This document shows positions 24,671 through 31,921 of a stretch of 32,529 nt of DNA, in pieces. Origin of the DNA: an uncultured Steroidobacteraceae bacterium. GTDB lineage: Bacteria > Chloroflexota > Limnocylindria > QHBO01. The stretch is from NCBI GenBank assembly GCA_964452225.1, contig CAYVLM010000001.1:11810-44338 (forward strand). Reading direction: 5' to 3'. The notes beneath the pieces were generated by a model, which was not told the DNA's origin, did no database searches, and was given only the letters and a program-made list of their open reading frames with translations. Every line of letters begins with the position of its first letter. The first letter of the stretch is position 1. The position numbers and the translations under genes are program-made.

Positions 24671-24757
24671 TGTAACTGGTTATGGCTTACTTGGTGGTTA
24701 CAGCGTGACTATAGCCGAGGGGCTGTAACTTGTCAACAGCCGTATACTGGTTACAGC
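24671..24757. promoter_or_regulatory. Phased operator-like repeats: two TGTAAC-N20-GTTACA units 53 bp apart
   Basis: TGTAAC is at 24671-76 and 24724-29. The 10-nt TGGTTACAGC is identical at 24695-24704 and 24748-24757. The inner arms GTTACAGC (24697-24704) and GCTGTAAC (24722-24729) also form an inverted repeat bracketing the minus-strand -10. Confidence 0.45.
24708..24736 (-). promoter_or_regulatory. Near-consensus sigma-70-type promoter TTGACA-N17-TATAGT reading toward the small ORFs and polX
   Basis: On the minus strand, TTGACA is at 24736-24731, the spacer is exactly 17 nt, and TATAGT is at 24713-24708. The region is locally AT-rich in a 70% GC genome. Confidence 0.55.
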
Positions 24758-24758
24758 A

Positions 24759-25400
24759 ATGACTGTGAGCGTCGATCCCACCCCCGAGCCCGAGCGGGCA
24801 TCCGACCTGTTCGTCGACTTCGCGAACACGCTCTCCTTCGATCACGGTGAGCCGATCGAGGGGCTGCCGGACACGGATGCGCTCCTCACCTGGCTCCGGC
24901 AGCACGAGCTGCTCAGCGACCGCGCACGGGCAGCAGAGGCGCATCGGCTGGCGCACAGTCCGGCGGAGGCCGCCCGACGCATGGAGCGCTTCCGTTACCT
25001 TCGCAGCCTCCTCCAGGAGATGGCAGGGCGCCTGGGGCGCGGCGATCTCCCGACGCGGGAGGAGCTCCGCCGGCTGAACCACATCCTCAAGCACGGCCTG
25101 CACTACCACCAGCTGGAGGCCGAGGCGGACGGCGCCCGCTACTCCCTGGCGCAGGTCGGGGACCGTCTTGACCAGGCACGCGCCGCCATCGCCGGCTCGT
25201 TCGCCTACTTCCTGGCGGAGGGCGATCCGTCACGGCTGCGGGTCTGCGCCAACGACGGCTGCCGGGAGGTCTTCGTCGACCGCTCCCCCACCGGGCGCCG
25301 GCGCTGGTGCACGATGCGTGTCTGCGGCAACCAGGCGAAGGTGGCCCGCCACCGGGCCCGGCAGCGTTCGCATCTTCCGGTGGAGGCCGGGGCCGACTAG
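24759..25400 (+). CDS. CGNR zinc-finger (ABATE/DUF1470, COG5516) putative transcriptional regulator
   Basis: C-terminal LRVCANDGCREVFVDRSPTGRRRWCTMRVCGNQAKVARHRARQR (zf-CGNR) after an ABATE-like N-domain (FVDFANT...). There is no SD. TATACT ends 10 nt upstream of the ATG, which suggests a near-leaderless transcript. Confidence 0.88.
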   Translation: MTVSVDPTPEPERASDLFVDFANTLSFDHGEPIEGLPDTDALLTWLRQHELLSDRARAAEAHRLAHSPAEAARRMERFRYLRSLLQEMAGRLGRGDLPTREELRRLNHILKHGLHYHQLEAEADGARYSLAQVGDRLDQARAAIAGSFAYFLAEGDPSRLRVCANDGCREVFVDRSPTGRRRWCTMRVCGNQAKVARHRARQRSHLPVEAGAD

Positions 25401-25628
25401 AATATCCGCGGCTCGACGGCATCCGCCATCGGCCGATCAAGCCCGCAACGAGGCCGCAGCACAGCACCCGTGGACGCCGGTTCCTGTAGACCCGAACCAC
25501 GCGCGCGCTCCGGACGCCCGGATCGCAGCAGGATGAGCGCCTAGCGACGACGCTGACGCGACCGTCCTCGCGATCCCGACCACCCGCGCGCGCCACCGCA
25601 GCAGACGCGACAGCGAGGTGGTCGTTCC

Positions 25629-26897
25629 ATGCTCTTCCTGAGCCAGCTCATCGGCAAGCCGGTCCTGGACCGGGTCGGCGAGCCCTTCGGCAGGGTCCGC
25701 GACCTGATCGTGGCCCTCGGTGAGCAGTACCCGCCGGTCACGGGCCTCGTGGTGCGCGTCACGGGCGGACGGGAGATCTTCCTGCCCTGGAGCGACGTTG
25801 AGGAGATCGACCGGGCCGGCGCCCGACTCCACACCTCGAGCATCGACATCACCAGCTTTCGCCAGCGCCCGAACGAGATCCGCCTCTGGCTCGACCTGCA
25901 GGACAAGCAGATCGTGGACGTCGAGGGGCGCAAGATCGTGCGCGTCAACGATATCCAGCTGGCGCCGGTCCGCGGGCGCCTGCGCCTGATGGCGGTCGAC
26001 GTCGGGCTGGCGGGCATCCTCCGCCGGCTGGGACTCTCTGGCCCCGGAGAGCGGCTGGCACGTGCCCTCCGGCTTCCGATCGAGAACTACATCGAGTGGG
26101 AGGACGTCGATCCGGTCGAGTCAAGCGTCAGCTCGCTGAAGCTGCGCGTGCCGCACCAGGCGCTCGCCACCCTGCACCCGGCCGACGTGGCGCACATCGT
26201 GGAGCAGCTGGCGCCGCGCGATCGGACCGGGATCCTGGCTTCCCTCGACGACGAGCGAGCAGCGGACGTCATCGAGGAGCTCTCAGCGGAGGACCAGGTG
26301 GACGTGCTCGAGGCGCTGCCGCCGGAGACTGCCGCCGACATCCTCGAGGAGATGGGTCCCGATGACGCCGCCGACCTGCTCGCCGACCTCTCCGAGGAGC
26401 GTCAGCGTGAGCTCCTGGGGCTCATGGAGCCGGACGAGGCCAACGAGGTCCGCGAGCTGCTCACCTACGGCGAGGAGACGGCCGGCGGCCTGATGACCAC
26501 CGACTTCATCACCGTGGGCCGGGACGAGACCGCGCAGCAGATCATCGACCGTCTTCGGGAGCTTCGCCCGGATGCGGACCAGGCCTACTACCTGTACGTC
26601 ACCGATGCCGACGGCATCCTGGTCGGCACCATCACCCTGCGCGGGCTGATCATCGCCGACCCAGAGACCTCCATCGCCGACTTCACGCGTCCCGATCCGA
26701 TCTCGGTCACGGTCGAGACCGATGCCGACGAGGTCGCCCGGGCCATCGCACGCTACAACCTCCTCGCGCTGCCGGTCGTCGACGACGAGGGCCATCTCCA
26801 GGGCGTGGTCACCGTTGACGACGCCATGGAGCGCGCGCTGGGCGAGGAGTGGCGCAAGCGCCTTCCCGAGCTCTTCGAACCGGTCGAGGAGAAGTGA
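25629..26897 (+). CDS. Soluble PRC-barrel + MgtE N-domain + CBS-pair protein (MgtE cytoplasmic sensor module without the membrane pore)
   Basis: N-terminal PRC-barrel-like LIGKPVLDRVGEPFGRVRDLIV. MgtE_N acidic helices (HPADVAHIVEQL...DVLEALPPETAADILEEMGPDDAADLLADL). Tandem CBS (GGLMTTDFITV..., LLALPVVDDEGHLQGVVTVDD). It ends without TM helices. GAGGTGG SD lies 7 nt before the ATG. Confidence 0.88.
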   Translation: MLFLSQLIGKPVLDRVGEPFGRVRDLIVALGEQYPPVTGLVVRVTGGREIFLPWSDVEEIDRAGARLHTSSIDITSFRQRPNEIRLWLDLQDKQIVDVEGRKIVRVNDIQLAPVRGRLRLMAVDVGLAGILRRLGLSGPGERLARALRLPIENYIEWEDVDPVESSVSSLKLRVPHQALATLHPADVAHIVEQLAPRDRTGILASLDDERAADVIEELSAEDQVDVLEALPPETAADILEEMGPDDAADLLADLSEERQRELLGLMEPDEANEVRELLTYGEETAGGLMTTDFITVGRDETAQQIIDRLRELRPDADQAYYLYVTDADGILVGTITLRGLIIADPETSIADFTRPDPISVTVETDADEVARAIARYNLLALPVVDDEGHLQGVVTVDDAMERALGEEWRKRLPELFEPVEEK

Positions 26898-28204
26898 CCC
26901 GGCTCGCCGTTCCTCGCCCGATCAGGCGCGCGCAGCGATCGCTCCGCGATCGGCTGCCGAACTTCCGCACCCATCGCACCGGCATCCTCGCCTTCCTCGG
27001 GGTCATGGGGCCGGGCCTCATCGCGGGCCTGGCCGGCAACGACGCCGGCGGGATCTTCACCTACTCGGTGCTCGGCGCCCAGACCGGGCTGCAGCTCCTG
27101 TGGATCCTGCCGATCACGACGGTGATGCTGATCATCGTCCTCGAGATGGCGGCGCGCATGGGCGCCGTCTCGGGACAGGGGCTCGGCGACCTGATCCGCG
27201 ACGACTTCGGCATCCGTTGGACCCTCTTCGCCATGGTCGTCCTGCTCATCGCCAACGGCTCGAACATCGCCGCCGAGTTCGCCGGCGCGGCGGCAGCGCT
27301 CGAGATCTTCGCCGTTCCCCGCTGGATCGTGGTTCCCGTCGTGGCGGCCGGCATCTGGGCCCTCGTCGTGTTCGCGAGCTACCGGGTCGTCGAGCGTGTC
27401 TTCCTGTCGGTCGCGGTCGTCTTCATCGCCTATGTGGTCAGCGCCTTCGTGGCCGGCCCGGACTGGGGACGGGTCGGGAGCGCACTGGTGACGCCCCAGG
27501 TCAGCTTCGAGCCGAGCACGCTGCTGCTGATGGTGGCCACCGTGGGGACCACCGTGACCCCGTACATGTTCTTCTACCTGCAGTCATCGGTCGCAGACAA
27601 GGGGCTCGGCCCGGAGGAGCTCAACCTCGAGCGCGCCGACGCGATCCTGGGCGGGATCTGGACCAACGTGATCGCCCTGTTCATCGTGGTCGTCACCGCC
27701 GTCACCCTCTTCGGCCGCGGAATCGAGCTGCGCGACGCCGCCGATGCCGCCCAGGCGCTGGCCCCGGTCGCCGGCCGTTTCGCGGAGGCGCTCTTCGCCT
27801 TCGGCCTCTTCGGAGCTTCGGTGCTCGCAGCGACGGTGATGCCGCTGACCACCAGCTACACGGTGTGCGAGTCGTTCGGCTGGGAGTCGGGGGTGTCGCG
27901 CCGCTTCCGGGAGGCGCCGGTATTCATGGGCCTGTACACCGCGCTGATCGTGATGGGCGCGGCGGTGGTCCTCATACCCGGGATGCCCCTCACGGGGCTG
28001 ATCATCGTCAGCCAGAACCTCAACGGCATCCTGCTGCCGGTAATCCTGGTCTTCATGCTGCGCTTGGTGAACAATCCGAGGATCATGGGATCGCATACGA
28101 ACCCGACCTGGCTGAACGTCCTGGGCTGGGGACTGACCGGGCTGGTGAGCCTGCTCACCCTGGTCCTGGTGGGAAGCGCCGTGATCGGCGCCGTGACCGC
28201 CTGA
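26894..28204 (+). CDS. NRAMP/SLC11-family transporter with a non-canonical metal site (NRMT-like, probable Mg2+-type)
   Basis: GPGLIAGLAGNDAGGIFTYSVLGAQTG (TM1) and VGTTVTPYMFFYLQSS (TM6) align to the NRAMP DPGN and MPH motifs but read DAGG and TPY. About 11 TM helices. GTG 26894 overlaps the upstream stop (GTGA); an alternative GTG is at 26849. Confidence 0.9.
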   Translation: MTRLAVPRPIRRAQRSLRDRLPNFRTHRTGILAFLGVMGPGLIAGLAGNDAGGIFTYSVLGAQTGLQLLWILPITTVMLIIVLEMAARMGAVSGQGLGDLIRDDFGIRWTLFAMVVLLIANGSNIAAEFAGAAAALEIFAVPRWIVVPVVAAGIWALVVFASYRVVERVFLSVAVVFIAYVVSAFVAGPDWGRVGSALVTPQVSFEPSTLLLMVATVGTTVTPYMFFYLQSSVADKGLGPEELNLERADAILGGIWTNVIALFIVVVTAVTLFGRGIELRDAADAAQALAPVAGRFAEALFAFGLFGASVLAATVMPLTTSYTVCESFGWESGVSRRFREAPVFMGLYTALIVMGAAVVLIPGMPLTGLIIVSQNLNGILLPVILVFMLRLVNNPRIMGSHTNPTWLNVLGWGLTGLVSLLTLVLVGSAVIGAVTA

Positions 28205-29238
28205 TGAAGCCGCGCCCCCCGCTGGTCGGGCCGCTGAGCGGGGTCCGGTCGCTGCCCATGCGGCTGCGCCGGCCGGTCAAGACCGCGAGCGGGGAGGGCG
28301 GCGAGGAACCAACCCTCGAGCCGCACCCCGAGGTGGTGGAGGCGCCGGGGCTGCGCTGGATCGACGTCGAGCGCCCACGCCTCGCAGATCGGCTCTGGCT
28401 CGCGGAGAACTTCGGCTTCCACGAGCTCGACCTGGAAGACGTCGCCAGCCACAACCAGCGTCCCAAGCTGGACGCCTACGACGAGTACATCTTCGTGGTC
28501 GTGCAGTTTCCGAGCTTCGACCCCGAGACCAGCCGTCTCGACGCCGTCGAGCTCGACGTGTTCATGGGTCCGGACTACCTGATCACCCTCCCCAACGAGC
28601 CCATTCCGCCGCTGCGCGCCCTCTTCGAGCGGGCGCAGGGCCGCGAGGAGGTCCGTGCCGAGGTCATGGCCAACGGCTCCGGTCGCCTCCTGTACGAGAT
28701 TCTCGACCGATGCGTGGACGCCTCCTTCCCGATGCTGTCGCAGATCGGTCGCAAGCTGCGCCGCATCGAGAACGACATCTTCGAGGGCCGAAGCGGGGAG
28801 GTCGTCCGCGACATCAGCAACGCCAAGCAGGAGATCATCAACTTCCGGGCCGTGATCCGCCCGCAGCGGGTGGTCTTCCACGATCTCGAGCGCGCGAAGC
28901 AGCGCTACCTCCCGGAGGACCTCGACGTCTACTTCGACGACCTGACCGATGCCTCCGAGCGCATCTGGGACATGCTCGAGAACTTCAAGGAGATCGTCGA
29001 GGGGCTCGAGGACACCAACGAGTCGGTGCTCTCCCATCGGCTCAACGACGTGCTGCGCATCCTCACCGCGGTCACGGTGATCCTCCTGCCCCTCACCCTG
29101 GTGACCGGCTTCTTCGGCATGAACGTGGGATTCCCCGGCGAGCCGCGGGCGCCCGCCTACTTCTGGGGCATCGTGATCGCCATGGCGATCATGCTCGTCG
29201 CCCTGGTGGTCTTCTTCCGGAGGCGCGGCTGGCTGTAG
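28204..29238 (+). CDS. corA: CorA-family Mg2+/Co2+ transporter
   Basis: Two C-terminal TM helices with the signature FFGMNVGFPG (GMN). The cytoplasmic domain is typical (LRWIDVERP..., FHELDLEDV). TGATG overlap with the NRAMP gene stop. Confidence 0.9.
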   Translation: MKPRPPLVGPLSGVRSLPMRLRRPVKTASGEGGEEPTLEPHPEVVEAPGLRWIDVERPRLADRLWLAENFGFHELDLEDVASHNQRPKLDAYDEYIFVVVQFPSFDPETSRLDAVELDVFMGPDYLITLPNEPIPPLRALFERAQGREEVRAEVMANGSGRLLYEILDRCVDASFPMLSQIGRKLRRIENDIFEGRSGEVVRDISNAKQEIINFRAVIRPQRVVFHDLERAKQRYLPEDLDVYFDDLTDASERIWDMLENFKEIVEGLEDTNESVLSHRLNDVLRILTAVTVILLPLTLVTGFFGMNVGFPGEPRAPAYFWGIVIAMAIMLVALVVFFRRRGWL

Positions 29239-29373
29239 TCCGACCGACCGTCGGTCCAAGAATACGCACGCGGACAGCCACCCCCGGGCCGATGGTCACG
29301 ATCGACCGATCTGGATGGCCCGTTCGCCGCATGGGGTCTTGACAAGCCGGCAGTTGCGTGGGAGCCTCAGGCT

Positions 29374-29406
29374 GCACATATGTGCGTCATGATGCTCAAT
29401 TGTGCG
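29374..29406. promoter_or_regulatory. Perfect 12-nt palindrome GCACATATGTGC plus a direct repeat of its 3' half (TGTGCG) 20 nt downstream: candidate SorC/DeoR operator
   Basis: The palindrome is at 29374-29385. TGTGCG occurs at 29381-86 and 29401-06. The site is in an AT-richer patch just upstream of the regulator gene, and a TTGACA lies at 29339-44. Confidence 0.4.
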
Positions 29407-29437
29407 AGCTGAACGGAGACAGGACGGCTTGCTGACG

Positions 29438-30409
29438 ATGACGGGCCGGCGGACCAGCAGCAGCGACGTGCGCCAGATGGTGCGCATCACGCAGCTCTAC
29501 TACCGCATGCACCTCAGCCAGGAGCAGATCGGCGAGCGCCTCGGCCTCAGCCGCTTCCAGGTCGGCCGGCTCCTGGCCCGGGCGCTGCGCGAGGACATCG
29601 TCAAGATCGAGATCCGGCACCCTGTCGCCCGCCTGATCGAGCTCGAGGATGCCCTCGCCGAGCGGTTCGGTCTCGGGACAGCCGTCGTCGTGGACGTCCC
29701 GACGTCGACCTCCGAGAAGGCGGCCGAGCAGCTCGCCCGCGAGGCCGTCGCGGGCGCCGCGGTGCGCTTCCTCGCCGACCTCCACCCGAACGGCTCGATC
29801 GGAGTCTCCTGGGGGCGGACGATGCTCGAGCTGGCGCGCCAGCTCGAATCTGGCTGGACGAGCGCCACCGAGGTCGTCCAGCTGAACGGCGCTACCTCCC
29901 TTTCGGCCGAGCCGACGCGTGCCAACGAGATCGCGGAGCGGTTCGGCGCGACGACCGGGGCCGCGATCCGGATGCTCGCCGCGCCGGCGATCGTGGGCAG
30001 CCCGGCGCTGCGGCGAGCACTCGAGGATGACCCCTCGGTCGGAGCGACGATCGAGGCTGCCCGAGCCACCGCGACCGCGATCTTCTCCCTCGGCGTCCTG
30101 ACCCCGCAGAGCGTCCTCGTCGGCTCGGGCTTTCTCACCCCCGGGGACGTGGCGGATCTCCGGGCGGCGGGCGCGGTGGGCGACATCATCGGCCGCTTCC
30201 TGCGCGTGGACGGCGCCACCGCCTCGCTGGAGCTGGACCAGCGGACCGTGGGGCTTCCCCTTGCTGACCTGGCCGCCAAGCCGATCTCGATCGGCGTGGC
30301 GGCGGGCGCCGGCCGCGGGCCGATCTCGCTGGGCGCGCTGCGCGGCCGCTACCGCAACGTCCTGATCGCCGACGCCGACACGGCGCAGTGGGTGATCGAC
30401 CATGGCTGA
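29438..30409 (+). CDS. SorC/DeoR(Bsu)-family sugar-phosphate-binding transcriptional regulator
   Basis: N-terminal HTH (MVRITQLYYRMHLSQEQIGERLGLSRFQVGRLLARALREDIVKIEI) followed by a sugar-phosphate-binding domain (GVSWGRTM..., QLNG). Start is uncertain (GTG 29402, ATG 29438, ATG 29477). Confidence 0.88.
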   Translation: MTGRRTSSSDVRQMVRITQLYYRMHLSQEQIGERLGLSRFQVGRLLARALREDIVKIEIRHPVARLIELEDALAERFGLGTAVVVDVPTSTSEKAAEQLAREAVAGAAVRFLADLHPNGSIGVSWGRTMLELARQLESGWTSATEVVQLNGATSLSAEPTRANEIAERFGATTGAAIRMLAAPAIVGSPALRRALEDDPSVGATIEAARATATAIFSLGVLTPQSVLVGSGFLTPGDVADLRAAGAVGDIIGRFLRVDGATASLELDQRTVGLPLADLAAKPISIGVAAGAGRGPISLGALRGRYRNVLIADADTAQWVIDHG

Positions 30410-31070
30410 GCGCATCGTGCCGAGTGAAGAGCTGGTCCGGCAGCTGGTGGAGCGCGCGCTGGACAGGCAGGTGGCCTCGGACACCCGCGAGGGGACGGGC
30501 GCCAGCGAGTTGACGGCGCCGGCTACCCCGGGAGACCCCCCAACTCCCATCGTGCCGACCGCGGCCGCGGCCCCCGGGGCGGCGGCCGGCGGCGGGCGAA
30601 CCGTCGCGATCGGCGCCGACCACGGCGGCTACCTGCTCAAGCAGGCCCTCGCGAAGGCACTGTCCGACAAGGGCTACGCCGTGACCGACTGCGGCACCAC
30701 GTCCACCGAGACTGTCGATTACCCGGACTTCGCATATGCCGTTGCCCGACTCGTGGCGGACGGGGCGTGCACCTACGGGATCGTCGTCGACGGGGCGGGC
30801 ATCGGATCCGCGATCGTGGCCAACAAGGTGCCCGGCGTCCGGGCCGCCAATGCCCACGACACCTCCATGGCCCGTAACGCCCGCGAGCACAACTACGCCA
30901 ACGTGCTGACCCTCGGCGCTCGGATGATCGGCGAGGGGCTCGCGCTCGAGGTCGCGGACACCTTCCTTGCCATCCCCTGGGGCGCGGAGCGCCACGGCAA
31001 GCGGGTGGCCAAGATCACGGCCATCGAACGGCAATACCTCCGAACGCTACCTGAGGACCAGGACGCATGA
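30402..31070 (+). CDS. rpiB: Ribose-5-phosphate isomerase B (RpiB/LacAB family) with a roughly 65-aa N-terminal extension
   Basis: The core is [14 protein letters not shown]...DCG...VDYPDFA...[24 protein letters not shown]...[18 protein letters not shown]. The extension holds an amphipathic helix ([16 protein letters not shown]) plus a Pro/Ala/Gly linker. 8-nt overlap with the regulator gene. Confidence 0.92.
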   Translation: MAERIVPSEELVRQLVERALDRQVASDTREGTGASELTAPATPGDPPTPIVPTAAAAPGAAAGGGRTVAIGADHGGYLLKQALAKALSDKGYAVTDCGTTSTETVDYPDFAYAVARLVADGACTYGIVVDGAGIGSAIVANKVPGVRAANAHDTSMARNAREHNYANVLTLGARMIGEGLALEVADTFLAIPWGAERHGKRVAKITAIERQYLRTLPEDQDA

Positions 31071-31921
31071 CGATGCTGCCCGACACCCGGGACCTGCTGA
31101 TCGAGGCCGTCACCCGCGAGGTGCTGACGGCACTGTCATCCGGCGACACCTGCGGCCAGTGCGGCGGCTCGTGCGCCGCCCACTCGCCCGACAAGGTGCG
31201 CGAGGTCGTGACCAATGGCGCGTCGCGGATCGCCTACCGCGGTCGGGGCGGCGACGTCCCGCGTGACCTGGCCCCGTATATCGACCACACGCTGCTCAGG
31301 CCGGACGCCACCGCCGGGGACATCGACGAGCTGTGCGACGAGGCGATCGAGTACCGCTTCGCGGCCGTGTGCATCAACCCGACCTGGGTCCGCCGGGCGG
31401 CGGACCGGGTCCGGGGCACCGGCGTGGCGGTCGCCTCGGTGATCGGCTTTCCGTTCGGCGCCAGCACCCCCGAGGTCAAGGCGCTCGAGGCTCGCCGAGC
31501 GATCCGCGACGGCGCGCGTGAGATCGACATGGTGATCAACATCGGCGCCCTCAAGAGCGGCATGCACGACCAGGTCCGGGAGGACATCGAGCGGGTCTCC
31601 GATGCCTGCCACGAGTCGGGTGCATTGAACAAGGTGATCATCGAGGCCGCGCTGCTCTCCGACGAGGAGAAGGTGATCGCCTGCCACCTGGCCAAGGAGG
31701 CCAGGGCCGACTTCGTCAAGACCTCGACCGGCTACGCGTCGGGCGGCGCGACCGTGTACGACGTCGCCCTGATGCGCGAAACGGTCGGCCCGCGAATGGG
31801 CGTCAAGGCGGCCGGGGGGATCCGGACGACCGAGGACGCGCAGGACATGATCGCCGCCGGCGCGACCCGGATCGGGGCCTCGGCGGGGATCAGGATCGTG
31901 AGTGGAGAGGGGCGCGCATGA
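31067..31921 (+). CDS. deoC: Deoxyribose-phosphate aldolase (DERA) with a roughly 65-aa N-terminal extension
   Basis: [38 protein letters not shown] (Schiff-base Lys) and GVKAAGGIR. The extension holds the helix [16 protein letters not shown] and the motif [15 protein letters not shown] overlap with rpiB. Confidence 0.93.
   Translation: MTMLPDTRDLLIEAVTREVLTALSSGDTCGQCGGSCAAHSPDKVREVVTNGASRIAYRGRGGDVPRDLAPYIDHTLLRPDATAGDIDELCDEAIEYRFAAVCINPTWVRRAADRVRGTGVAVASVIGFPFGASTPEVKALEARRAIRDGAREIDMVINIGALKSGMHDQVREDIERVSDACHESGALNKVIIEAALLSDEEKVIACHLAKEARADFVKTSTGYASGGATVYDVALMRETVGPRMGVKAAGGIRTTEDAQDMIAAGATRIGASAGIRIVSGEGRA

Noticed and set aside
24730-24748. TTGTCA...TATACT on the + strand, resembling the actinobacterial RecA-NDp/PafBC DNA-damage promoter next to polX
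   Set aside because: The spacing between TTGTCA and the TAnnnT hexamer is 7 nt, not the roughly 11 nt of that motif. The GTGGC extension is also absent. The TGTCAA is better explained as the -35 (TTGACA) of the minus-strand promoter.
25401-25628. 228-nt leader upstream of the Mg-related operon, examined for an M-box (ykoK) Mg2+ riboswitch
   Set aside because: I could not recognise the conserved M-box sequence blocks or a convincing multi-helix fold by eye. Only short hairpins and a 10-nt palindrome (ATCGGCCGAT) are present. An Rfam/Infernal scan would be decisive. This is left as an unexplained long leader.
26722-28203. Long N-terminal extension of the CorA frame (ORF 26722-29238, 838 aa)
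   Set aside because: The extension overlaps the NRAMP gene out of frame and is Arg/Pro/Gly-rich. CorA homology begins after ATG 28204, which overlaps the NRAMP stop.
29239-29262. Possible terminator after corA (CCGAC-cgacc-GTCGG)
   Set aside because: The stem is only 5 bp and there is no U-tract, which is too weak to call.
29339-29344. Perfect TTGACA upstream of the SorC/DeoR gene, considered as a -35 box
   Set aside because: No acceptable -10 hexamer lies 16-18 nt downstream (GAGCCT/AGCCTC). I do not call a promoter here and report only the palindrome.
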